A DNA stretch of 62,976 nt, filler included, from Pelomyxa schiedti (taxonomy: Eukaryota > Protista > Evosea): NCBI GenBank assembly GCA_020536535.1. It is 15 parts of 15 records of this genome, joined end to end, with 100 filler letters (N's around TTAATTAATTAA, not from the genome) between each part and the next. Parts side by side here need not be neighbours in the genome. Positions count along the whole stretch, not along the records: positions 23,941 to 25,956 come from JAHLWZ010002175.1; positions 26,057 to 27,076 come from JAHLWZ010002992.1; positions 27,177 to 28,471 come from JAHLWZ010002612.1; positions 28,572 to 35,539 come from JAHLWZ010000051.1; positions 35,640 to 39,634 come from JAHLWZ010001656.1; 10 more parts are not named here. One strand, written 5' to 3'. Numbering within the stretch: the stretch's first letter is position 1; every line of letters starts with the position of its first letter. The translations under genes and the position numbers were made by a program. Below the pieces are notes generated by a model. That model was not told the DNA's origin. It saw only the letters and a list, made by a program, of their open reading frames with translations, and did not search any database. Shown here piece by piece: positions 24,497-35,752 of this stretch.

Positions 24497-25750
24497 TTAC
24501 CACAGGAAGGACCACATAGCATTCAGATGAAAGTCAGGGAGGAGCCCAATGGAAGCAACACAGAAGCCTGAGGTTCCTTCCACAACTTGCAGTTGGTGGT
24601 GATCATCAATGAAGAGAATCAACCCACCTCCAGCAAGCACCGGCAACGTTGTTGTTGGAGTGACTTTCCTCAGTGGTGAGTGTTGAGTGAAACTTGTGGT
24701 GCAGCTGCAGTCCCAGATTTCCATACCTCCGTGTAAATCAGAAAGTGTGAAAAGAGAGCCACTGAGTTGACCAAAGAGCGGCTCGTCTGCACGCCACCAA
24801 CCTCTGTATTCACGCCTGAGGTAAGAAATCATCCCATTTGATTCAACAGCCAGCACAATGTGCGTTGCCTTCCCGTCATCTGTGATTGTCTCAACGATGT
24901 ACACATTCTGGTCTGCTTGGTTCTTCATCAGATAGATAGCTTTCACAGAGTGCCTTCGTGGAAACGCACACTGAGTGGAACTCACAATCTGCATAACCTT
25001 TGTTGCATAGCTGCTGGTGATGTCCACAACAACCAACAAGCTGCTGTCACAGTCTGATTGCTCACTATTGCTGTTATCCATGGTCATAAGCATCAGCACT
25101 TGTGATGAACACATTTTGTTGAAGCTCACTGACCCAGTGATGTGATAGTTCTCAGGAAGGGGCACGCGCACCGCAGAACCTTCTTCATTTTGCACTTCAG
25201 TCACAACAAGAGCCTTCCCATCCACACTCGGTTGCACCAACCACGTTCCATTAATGCACCACGTAGTTCTGTAATGGGTCTCCACCTCCAGGCGTGTCTC
25301 CTTGCCACTCACCACATTCTTCAGGATGTACACAGGGCCCCCCATGTGAACTGGTTCGAGTAGCATGTCACCAGTCACCCACAAGCAATATTCACGCGTG
25401 ACTTGCACTTCGGTTGTGAGTCCCATCAACGCCAGCGACACCCCAAACCTGATGACGCAGGACTTGATTCCATGCGCCAACGTGCTCAGTTTCTGTTGAA
25501 CAACAACAGCCAGTTTCCTCTCAGTTCCGATGACCCACGTGTCCCACAATTGCTTCGCGAGGGCCGGCCCCAACACCCCTGCGTGCGACTTGCCCCCGCA
25601 CCGACAACACTGCGACGCCACAAGCAGCGCCGCGAATTGGTGCTGGGCTCTGATGCCGTGCCTCACAGCGATCTCCCCGATCCAACAACTGTCGTTTGTT
25701 GGTTTCTGACGGTCTGTGCGCGGACGCTTTGGTGTTGGTTGCAGCGACAT
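24497..25750 (-). CDS. Expanded F-box-like family member (single exon)
   Basis: RAQHQFAALLVASQCCRCGGKSHA...KQLWDTWVIG, NGTWLV, MEIWDC...SPLRKV. 417 codons, with an N-terminal basic PTPKRPR. Confidence 0.85.
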   Translation of the reverse strand: MSLQPTPKRPRTDRQKPTNDSCWIGEIAVRHGIRAQHQFAALLVASQCCRCGGKSHAGVLGPALAKQLWDTWVIGTERKLAVVVQQKLSTLAHGIKSCVIRFGVSLALMGLTTEVQVTREYCLWVTGDMLLEPVHMGGPVYILKNVVSGKETRLEVETHYRTTWCINGTWLVQPSVDGKALVVTEVQNEEGSAVRVPLPENYHITGSVSFNKMCSSQVLMLMTMDNSNSEQSDCDSSLLVVVDITSSYATKVMQIVSSTQCAFPRRHSVKAIYLMKNQADQNVYIVETITDDGKATHIVLAVESNGMISYLRREYRGWWRADEPLFGQLSGSLFTLSDLHGGMEIWDCSCTTSFTQHSPLRKVTPTTTLPVLAGGGLILFIDDHHQLQVVEGTSGFCVASIGLLPDFHLNAMWSFLW

Positions 25751-26479
25751 CTCGATCTCTTATCTGAGATTAATACCATTCAATGAAGCACAAGCCTAAT
25801 CAATTACAACCAGAAGGAGGAGAGGGTGTCGATTGTGGGGTGGTTGTTGCCTTCACGCAGTGTGTTCACGTGAAGAGTGGCAACCTTGGAACCTGAGGAG
25901 TAATCAGTCACTGTGACTCGATTTCCACCAACGTGGAACAGCAGACCACAGTGGGCNNNNNNNNNNNNNNNNNNNNNNNNNNNNNNNNNNNNNNNNNNNN
26001 TTAATTAATTAANNNNNNNNNNNNNNNNNNNNNNNNNNNNNNNNNNNNNNNNNNNNTCCCTTTGAAAAAAATCCCTTCAAGAGGGTGGGTGTTGGTAGGT
26101 TTTCTATTCGGGGCTAAGACAGGCAGTGCTGCATCCAAAGGGGTCAGTGTGTATTTGTCATCCTCATGAGCACAATAGGACACATTGCCTGAATCCTGCA
26201 AACCAAGACATCCTCAGCTTTTTTCGCGGTTTGATCAACTCTGATCCCTAAAGTCTAACCTAACCCGCTACCTTCTTTTCCATTCTAAAACTTCGAATTT
26301 TTCGAAGGTGAGGGGGGGTCTAGAAGTGCACTCCCCATTGGATATTTGTTGTGTTCACAAAAACAAAAGGATGAGGGAGGAGGCCGTTTGCTCCAGGTAC
26401 CTACTCTCTTTGGTGTGTCTGAGAGAGAGGAAGGTACTTGCTTCGTCGTGAGCACCAATCACTCTCTGTCACCACAGTT

Positions 26480-27076
26480 GAGCTTGACTGGAGGTCTGTG
26501 GGGCTCTGTTGTAGCAATGTATAACCTCAGCAAACATTACATGAAAGGTGATGGCATTACCTTTGACCCAGAATAAGCCATTTCACTTTTGGAGAGGGCT
26601 TCAAGTGGGTGCACTCCAGCATTGTGTAAACTTGTTGACATGAATCTGTGTCACTCCTTCAAAGGGCCTGTTTATGGGTGCTCATGACATGAAATGTGAC
26701 GTCCATAGGGCTGTTCCAATTCTGAAGGCTGCAGAGGCTTCATATTGTGCAAAAACCATGCTGGCAATTGTGTTATGAATGTGGCTTGGGTGTGGACAAA
26801 GACATGAGCAAGGCCAACACCCTTTTCCAGGAAGTCAATTGATGTGGGATTCACAGATGCTATCTTCACAGTTGGGGGATACTTGGAATTTGGTGCTTCA
26901 CGTGCACAGAAGGATATTGGCAAGGCATATCAACTTTACACGAGGGCTGCTTGTGCTGGACATCAAGGGGCTCAGAAAAAGCTTGGGTTACTGTTGGGGT
27001 TACTTGACGTTTGTGGAGCTTTGAAGTTCAACGCGCCAAGTGATTCCAACAAAAGGAGACTCTCGAAAACAAACCA
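26480..27076 (+). pseudogene. Degenerate Sel1-like repeat gene
   Basis: AMYNLSKHYMKGDGITFDPE*AISLLERAS (in-frame TAA 26574-26576) and GFTDAIFTVGGYLEFG...DIGKAYQLYTRAACAGHQGAQKKLG, with stops between them. Confidence 0.7.
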
Positions 27077-28571
27077 NNNNNNNNNNNNNNNNNNNNNNNN
27101 NNNNNNNNNNNNNNNNNNNNTTAATTAATTAANNNNNNNNNNNNNNNNNNNNNNNNNNNNNNNNNNNNNNNNNNNNGAAAGCACTGGGAATCATGTCGAT
27201 TGTGAAATGGCAAGTCTGATAAGGGTGCACGCCGCGAAGTGAAATGCCTTCATGACTGACGGTAAACTGTAGGTCCTCGGCCAGCTGGTGCACGAGGTAA
27301 AAAAAAAAAAATAGTAAGAACAATACATAAGTCTAGCAAGTAAAAACACCATCGCACACCTTCCCGACGGTCATTAGGCACTTAATAAAAAGCGACAGGG
27401 ATTCACCCGATACATCGACTTCCGCACTCATCTTGGTTTTTCTTGCAGAGTGTTGCATTGTGCCATCGCAGCCACGCCACAACTGCCAGTACAGTAATGT
27501 AAAAAATTAAAAGTAATTAGGATCTGTTAACGAGTATTGTGCCGGTTAGGCGGCCATGTCATAACCCTCGTTGCATGTCAAAACAATGCGAAAGTAGACT
27601 TTGGAGCCGCACAGTTGTTTTACTGTCTCTTCCGTGGTGATGGACAAGTGGTGGATTGTCGGCAACACTGCAACACACACTCCCCACTCCTTGTCCAATC
27701 CCCCACGTTGGACTGACAACTACTTGGGCACCTACACCTGTACCTTTATTCTGCGATAAAGTTCATAGGTATTTTGGTTTTTTTTTTTGCTGGAAGGATG
27801 GCACTACATAGGCTATTTATATTTTTGCCAAAAAACCAAGAATGATTCTCATTTCGTTTCGAAACACTCTTTCCTTATTGTTCGCTTATAGAACCCAAGA
27901 GGGTGAAGACTGACAGCCGGAATTTATTTAAATCTTCTATAATGTAGGAGGCATTCACGACTGGAAAAAGCCCATTACCTACATCACTTCAAGAAAGCCG
28001 AACTATTCAACAAAGGAATTGTCTGCAGTGCAAAACCACTGTTGAAGTCACTTCCGCGGAACCTTTCCAGTACTCATCTGATTGTTCCTTGAACGCCTTA
28101 GAAGATCTTGATTTCGCAAGTACTTCCGCACAATTCTCTGTGAAGAGGTCCACAGTATTACCTCCCTTCATGCTGTATTCTGGAAAGGTTCAGAATTCCA
28201 GTGCATACGATGGCCACCTGATCTAAAGTGGGAACTACACTCTTACTTATTCAAAACCAACATACTGGATTTATAATAATAAGATATATAAAATAATATA
28301 ATAAAAATGTTTTCAATCAAATTTTTGAAAAGGTCTCTATTTACACAACTGGATGATAAAGGTTTTATCGTAGAGGTGAATGCAGCATGGAATGGAGTCA
28401 ATGGTGTGATGGTGGAGCCATGTCATCGTTCTCGTCAATGTATGGCAGCAAATGGAAGGTGTTGTAGATGTNNNNNNNNNNNNNNNNNNNNNNNNNNNNN
28501 NNNNNNNNNNNNNNNTTAATTAATTAANNNNNNNNNNNNNNNNNNNNNNNNNNNNNNNNNNNNNNNNNNNN

Positions 28572-30074
28572 AAGGAACCACTTATCCTGTTTTGCAAGAC
28601 AGATAAGTGCCGGCAGCCAATTTGCGTGGTGTGTGCCAAATTTGGCTTACACAAGGGGCATGATCTTGTTTCAATCAACGATTGGAATGCTGAGTGCATG
28701 AATACACTCTCCAGTTGCATCCAGGAACTCAAAGAACGCTCCAAGTTTATATCCCTGTGGCAGGATGAACTGCACACTGAAACGAGAAATGCTGTTGAGG
28801 TTGACTCCTTAAGTCTTCTTCATGTTAACTCTTCACAAATAGATGATCTCGACGTTTGATAAGGATGTAACCAGTCAACTTGGAAGAATTTGTGAGCAAG
28901 TAGAGGAAAAAAGGACAGCCCTGCATGATACATGCGCAAAGTTAATAGCATCTTGTGGTTTGTGCTGACATTTATTCTACTTGCACTTATTGTTGAAAAA
29001 GATGTTCAGTTAGCAGAGAGGTTGATGAACTTGGACTCAGTGAAATCACTTCTTGACGTGGCATCAAAAAGCTTTGAACAGTCTCTCATGGAAGGCACAA
29101 AGTTGTCGGCTCATGAAGAGACAATCCAGCAATGCCGCGCCCTGACTGAGGTATGTAGTCACAAGCCGGCCTGAAAAACTAACCAAGAGAACTCAGATAA
29201 TCATCACTCAGTTAACCGCCAAGCGGCATGAGCCCCTGGTGAGAGTGATCAAAAAAGTCGAGGATGCACAGCCAATAATCTCACTTATTGAGCAGATTGC
29301 CTCCATTTCTATTGTTGGTGCTGGCTTATTTTTCCTTTTTTCGTACCTCACATTTTTTCAGTTCCTCCGGAAATCACTGATTCTGGTGACATCAGTGACC
29401 ACAACACACCAACACCAGCACTAGCGCCAACCTCCGCTTCCGCTTCCGCTTCCGCTTCCGCTTCCGCTTCCGCTTCCGCTTCCGCTTCCGCTTCCGCTTC
29501 CGCTTCCGCTTCCGCNNNNNNNNNNNNNNNNNNNNNNNNNNNNNNNNNNNNNNNNNNNNNNNNNNNNNNNNNNNNNNNNNNNNNNNNNNNNNNNNNNNNN
29601 NNNNNNNNNNNNNNNGTGACCACAACACACCAACACCAGCACTAGCGCCAACCTCCGCTTCCGCTTCCGCTTCCGCTTCCGCTTCCGCTTCCGCTTCCGC
29701 TTCCGCTTCCGCTTCCGCTTCCGCTTCCGCTTCCGCGGAACCAACACAATCCACACCCACTCATTCCGCTTCTGCTTCCGCATCAACGTCATCCACGCCT
29801 AACCTAGCTCACAACAGTGCTAATAAGAAGACAAAAGCAAGGGCTAAGAGACGTGCCAAGGAACGGGAATACCGGCTGCAACAGGAACGCGCTGGTCCAC
29901 ATACACAGACACAGAGAGGAGGGTCAGAGTGGCACAGCACAAGCACCAGGGCTGAGGCCCCGCACAGGCCAACAACCGCAAGGACCAGTTCCGCTGTACC
30001 TCCCAGGGGATATGATGGATATCACCAGAGGAACGAACAATACTCCTTGTGTGACATACTGTTCACGGCAATAA
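28572..30074 (+). CDS. B-box/coiled-coil protein with Ser-Ala repeat (5' truncated; 3' end uncertain)
   Basis: LFCKTDKCRQPICVVCAKFGLHKGHDL (B-box), then coiled-coil exons, then PALAPTSASASA... encoded by (TCCGCT)n. Confidence 0.6.
29433..29736. repeat. (TCCGCT)n hexamer repeat, duplicated across a false gap
   Basis: Perfect tracts at 29433-29515 and 29654-29736. Segment 29395-29515 is repeated after the gap. Confidence 0.95.
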
Positions 30075-30408
30075 CTTTTCTCAGACGCCTCTGGAAGAGG
30101 TAAATTAAAGCGAAAAAGTTCTATCCAGTTTTATTTATTGATTTTGTCCCATCATTTTCGTTTTATTGGGGCCGTATTTTGGGGGGTACTACCGGCACTT
30201 CTCGTCGTGAAGGCCAACTGATGATATAATCTTTACGCATGTCAGAATTTGAATCCCCATGAGAATACCAGGAGAATTCTCTGAGTCTCTGATTCTGGCT
30301 TTCTTTTTTGCAAACAGGATGGCCGAAAGAAAAGAATTTCCTCGAGGTAAAGGATGTATTATCCTGAATACAGAAGGGTGTGACTGGCTGTACATCTTTG
30401 TTGGTGTG

Positions 30409-31744
30409 CTAACTGCGGGACAGTTTCCCGCCGGTTGCAGAGGCCATTGTGGGAGCGGCGGCCGTTGCAGTGGATGTTGGGGGTGGCGAGGAAGCCGATG
30501 CGGTGGTGCTAGTTGTGGTCGTTGCTGCAATTATGGGAACCTTTGAAGGGAACCCTGAATCGGCGCCAAACTGCTGCAGTTGCTGCTGGAATCCCAGGTT
30601 TGGGCATACACACGGCCGGCGTTTGCGTAGTGCTTCCCAGGCATCCTCAAAGGTCATTCTCTTCCTGGATATAAGCCATGCAATGACCACGGAGGCACTC
30701 CGGCTGTGGCCGGCTGCGCAGTGCACAACAACTCCGGCTTCGCTCATCCCTTCGTCTATAAAGACAAGTGCCTGCGGCAGAATCCCGAGAAGGTCCTCGG
30801 TTGGGAAGTCCGCTATTGCTATGTGAAGATATCGGACCCCTTCAAACCTTTGAGAACCTGGACTTGCAAGTTAGTAGGTAATTGTGGGTGGTGACTGGCT
30901 GTACATGGAGGGCCGACGCTGAGAACGTGCTTAATTCCCAATCTTTTCAATTCCGCTTGGTCTTCAGTTACCTGAATGGCACCGATGAAGAGACGATCCA
31001 GTACCATAGCGGGTGTGCGTTGGGTCCAGATATTATGGGTCGTATTGGCAATTGGAATTTCAGTATCCTTGAGCCTAATTTTAATTAATGAATAGGGATC
31101 ATAATCACAGGGAACCTACTTTGTAAGATCCAAGAAGTTTACACTGACATCTAATATTCGAAGATGGGCCATTTTTGGTACATCACTGAAAGGAAATACT
31201 CTTAGGTGATTGTTGCACAGTGAAAGGTTCTCCAACAAAGGAAATGCCGGTAGATTTTTTGGGGCTTTATCTATATTGTTGTAGCTCAAATCTGGGAAAA
31301 TTTAAGAAGACATTACGCAAATGTGATGCAAGTACCAAGTATCTTTAAATTAGGCAGTCTCTCCAACTTCTTTGGGAATTTCTTTAACCCATTCCGACAT
31401 AAATTTACAACTAACTTAGAGTTAGAAGCTTGGATATAATTGAGGGTGTAATTACCTGCGAGGTCAACCAAATCCGTACAAGCCTTTGGTGCCTTCACAA
31501 TACTGCAGCCATCCAAAAACAGCCCAGATACCAATCCACCCCGCTTCTTGTAGCTCTTCAGCGCTTCGTCGACGCTCTTGGTGCCTTTGCTCAAATCAAC
31601 CTTGGATAGCCTCACTTCGCGAGAAGAATGCGCAGCGGCAGTGTCATGCAGCCACAAGTCCAACTGGGCAGCCAAGTCCGCGACGGAGGTGAAGGAAGGT
31701 ACCTTGCCCCGCCCAGCGAGGGTCTCTTTGGTCACAAGCAACAT
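30409..31744 (-). CDS. Leucine-rich-repeat dual-specificity phosphatase (LRR-DSP)
   Basis: LRRs (LERLPNLKILDLSYNNI, LLENLSLCNNHL, AHLRILDVSVNFL) splice in frame into VLDRLFIG...IADFPTEDL and the catalytic VHCAAGHSRSASVVIAWL, then RPCVCPNLGFQQQL. Confidence 0.88.
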
Positions 31745-32339
31745 ATATATCCTCCACCACCACTAGTTACTGGTTTCTAAGATTCTTCTTTCCCAAGAAG
31801 TATAGTGTCCAATATACTGCTCCCTTTGTTGCGATATAAATAACTCCTCACTCACTCAAACTCTGTTTCTCTTCCTGTAGTTTCTCTTCCTCCCCAACCA
31901 AACCAATGGAATTACTGTGTTTTATTGTATGTTTTTTCGGTTCACTCCGTGCCTCCGATTGTGTTTTTTTTTTCCTTTCGGGTGACTGTGAAGTTGATGC
32001 TTGTTTGATGTTGGGTGTTGTGTGTTTGAGGCTGTTGTTGTTTACGTTAGACACTACGGTGTTTGTATGAATATTTTGATTGTTGTTGTGTTGCGCCGCT
32101 GTCGTTGGTTGTTTGCTGTGTTTTTGTTATTTTTTTTGTAAATTAAATTTCTTCGATCAGGGAAACGCGATGAAAGCTGTTCTCCTAACGGAATCAATCA
32201 CGTTGATCACAAGGATTCTCGTTTTTCGAGTGTGCGTGCCCGGGTTTCCTGTTGAGCAGTGGATCTTTGGCAAAGTCAATGCGTAGTTTCCCTGCGCTGT
32301 TTATGGTGAAAGATCGAGATTCATTAATACCGAAGGAAG

Positions 32340-33554
32340 ATGTCGGGATCTGCGGCGTCACCAAGCAGTGCGGAGGTACGTGCTTCATCTGCTGTCGACA
32401 ATACAACGGCTACAACGGCATCATCTACGCCGACAACAGACAGCGGCGGCCGTGGTGGTGACACTAATGCGACGGTAACTAATACGTGCGGCGGTGACGA
32501 GGTCGATGTGGAGAGCCTGCAGCGTGCGCTGGTTGTCGAGAGGGCAAAGAACATGGAACTAGCTGCTCAGATATCGCGGCTCAAATCTACTCACGCACAC
32601 CTGGTAAATGCAAAAAAAAAAAAAAGCTACTTTTTGACACACTTTGTAGCAAATGGTCATGGAACAAGAGGAGGAGTGCCTGACCAATAAACTTATCAAG
32701 TACGTTGAGCAATTACAACGCACCCACACGGAATTTGCTGCTCAAGTGGAACGAGAGGAAGAGTACATGACGAATTCACTTCAGAAGCGACTCGATGATG
32801 TGTGAAGTTTATATTTGTTTTCTATTAACTCCTAAAATATTCCCAGATGGCCAAGGAAAAAGTGAGTCTCGAAAATCAGCTTGAGCAAGAGGAAGAATAC
32901 ATTGTGAATAAACTATTGACACCGTTGAAATCTTCTCTCCATCCTAAGAAAAGCTTATATCTCTTTGTTAGTAAAGGGAAAAGAGATGAAACCCTGGAGA
33001 GTTCCCAAAAGAGGTGCATCAGATTGCAAGCTCGTGTGAACTCCCTTGATCACCAGTGCTCCGAATGTAATTACAAGAATACTCAGATGTATAATATGTA
33101 ATAATTATTACATGTGAATGTTCACTCTTCAAAAGATAAAGCCCGGCTCACTGCAGTTGAGCAAGAGTTGTGGCAGGCCCGCCGTGAAAACCTCATTTTA
33201 CAGCACCGGTCTATGAAAGAGCATGACTCACCTACTGATATGTATGCGTATCATTTCTCGTTTCTGCGCACCCTCATTTAATTCAGACACGAACCTCCAA
33301 AGACAGAAACAGGTGAGCCTCTTCCAACATCTCCCAATAATCACATCCCGAGCACCCCATCATCCACCCACAGTGCTCACACCACCCCAAACACTTCACC
33401 ACAAAGCCACTTCCACCCCGCCAGCCATTCAATACCACCATCACCCACAGCCGAATTGCCACCACCGCCTCCCCACCACCCATCCGACCCAGCACCCCTC
33501 CAACAGCAACCCCGTGACAGATCAGTGTCCTCACCCAACCTCACCTCCCTTTGA
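32340..33554 (+). CDS. CCDC6/H4 (DUF2046)-like coiled-coil protein, multi-exon
   Basis: Repeated EQEEE.(L/M/I).N.L motifs: EQEEECLTNKLIK, EREEEYMTNSLQKRL, KEKVSLENQLEQEEEYIVNKL. Pro/Ser-rich tail. Confidence 0.75.
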
Positions 33555-33881
33555 CACCAACCAATGTAAACAAAAAAAAAAAAAAGATTCTGTGCCATAA
33601 AACATGTGCTCACTTACAGCGTCAGTGACACCAGACCGGTTCTTGATTTCCGCTCCTGTCTCCTTCCGAAAAGAATCATGCGTTTTCACCAGTGAGGAAT
33701 TCTGGGTGATGAGGGAGAGGTCAGTCAAAGAAAAGGATGAATTAATAGTTGTACCTCATCAAACGTAATGTAACGTAATGTTGTGAACTGTCCCCTTTTT
33801 CTCATTGATCTTTTTCTTTCTAAACAAACAAAACAACTTGGTTAATAAGTTAAACAACTTGGTTAACTTATTAACTTAACA

Positions 33882-35497
33882 TCACAAGAGAGACTCCTTT
33901 GGAAGGATTATGGCAGTGTCAAGAAAAGACATGGCGTGCGTGGCAATGATGGAACCAGACAACGGTTCAATAACAGAGATCACATTGTGGTTTTCAGTCA
34001 CACCAAACAAGAACCCCCTGGCCCCAACAATTTGGCGACAGCCCACGGGGCTGCCACAGTCACCAACTGGTTGTGCCATCACCTTGAGTGGTTTTGTTGT
34101 GTCATTGCAATCCCACAGCTCAAATGCCTTGGTCTCACTCTGGCTCATGCACATCAGGCTGTTGCTGANNNNNNNNNNNNNNNNNNNNNNNNNNNNNNNN
34201 NNNNNNNNNNNNNNNNNNNNNNNNNNNNNNNNNNNNNNNNNNNNNNNNNNNNNNNNNNNNNNNNNNNNGGGCTGCCACAGTCACCAACTGGTTGTGCCAT
34301 CACCTTGAGTGGTTTTGTTGTGTCATTGCAATCCCACAGCTCAAATGCCTTGGTCTCACTCTGGCTCATGCACATCAGGCTGTTGCTGACCACTGACATC
34401 CCAGATCGGTTACCAGCAACCACTTTCGCCTCTCCAGTCACAGAGTCAACACTGAAACCAGTGTACTCGTCCTCCCCCATGCCACAGGAGCCAGATGGCC
34501 GCTGGCTGAAAAAGAACTCAATGGTGCCATCGTTCTTCCTCACTGCCACAGCACTTGAGAACACATAGTCACGCCAAAAGAACTGGGTCTTTGTTGATGC
34601 CGTCACAGACATCACACCTCCTGAATGCACCGTCTTGGCCAGGTCAATCAGCATGATGAACGCAACATCGTAGCCATTAATGATGAGCAAAACGCACTCG
34701 TCACAACAGTCAGCAGCCTTGCTGAGGAACAGGTACCCACGGTGAACCTGAGAGAGAGGCTCACTGAGGGGCACAGGGACTATGACACCGATCTTGTCAG
34801 CGGAGCTTCCTTCTGGCACCCTTGCGCACTCATCAATGCTGAAAATGGTGAGAACCTCGGCATTGCCCATGTCACCTGCCCATTCAGACACCACCATCCA
34901 CTTCCGGTTCACATCAAACGCAGAACACCTCAGCCTGGTGGTGATCATCCTGTCCCTGAACTCACTCCTGCTGTGTGGACTGACCAGAAACCAGGAGGTC
35001 TCACACAAGGTACCCAGCCTGTAGGTCACATTCACGAACATGTGAGGTGCAATCCAGATGCAGTTCCCACGGTATCTCTCCACTGTGATCCCATGTGTGA
35101 TTTGCCGCATCACGGGAGATACAGCAAATGACAGGGCATAAACAACAGCAGGACCGTCGGTGAAGGTTTCGCCGCGCCCACAATCCTGAACCGCCAGCAC
35201 GAATTGTTGCATCCCCTCGATCACGAATTTCCTCCACATAATTGACATGAGTGCTTTGTCGAGAGCTAAAAATCGCGCCGAGCTCGGCGCACCGCATCGT
35301 GGGTGCGACGAAGTTGCCAACGCAAAAAACTGGTCCCGGCAGCAACATTCGGGAGGAGCATCGAATGTAGCCACTGCTGATGAATTGACTGGTTTGTATT
35401 CACCAACAGTCGTTGTTGGTTGTCGAACTTGTTGTTGTTGTTGTGGGAGCCGGGGCGGTTTCGTTCCCCAAGGCAACGATGAACCGACACCCCCCAT
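33882..35497 (-). CDS. Expanded F-box-like family member (single exon, split only by a false gap)
   Basis: CRDQFFALATSSHPRCGAPSSAR...IMWRKFVIEG, NRKWMVV, FELWDCNDTTKPLK, RGFLF. Removing the gap and the 121-bp duplicate joins the 34154 and 33882 ORFs. Confidence 0.85.
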
Positions 35498-35752
35498 CTC
35501 TTTTTGATTTGTTTGTTTTCCGTGAACTTCACATTTCCANNNNNNNNNNNNNNNNNNNNNNNNNNNNNNNNNNNNNNNNNNNNTTAATTAATTAANNNNN
35601 NNNNNNNNNNNNNNNNNNNNNNNNNNNNNNNNNNNNNNNCGCCATGAATCTGCTGAAGAAGCAACAGTGCAACCGACGCACTATCACGAGCACCTGTAGA
35701 GGAAGTCAAGGACAATGAAGAGCAAGAGGGATTGGAAAACCCTACCATCTTC

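Noticed and set aside
27240-27295. SECIS-like ATGA...AAA segment
   Set aside because: There is no convincing stem or GA quartet on the 3' side, and it is on a different contig from the UGA gene.
29348-29792. Minus-strand ORFs with AEAEAE, RKRKRK or GSGSGS tracts
   Set aside because: These are alternative-frame translations of the (TCCGCT)n repeat duplicated across a false gap.
35655-35752. C-terminal 36 aa of the 1261-aa ORF as a novel integrase tail
   Set aside because: It is the antisense of 36025-36122, a fold-back chimera.
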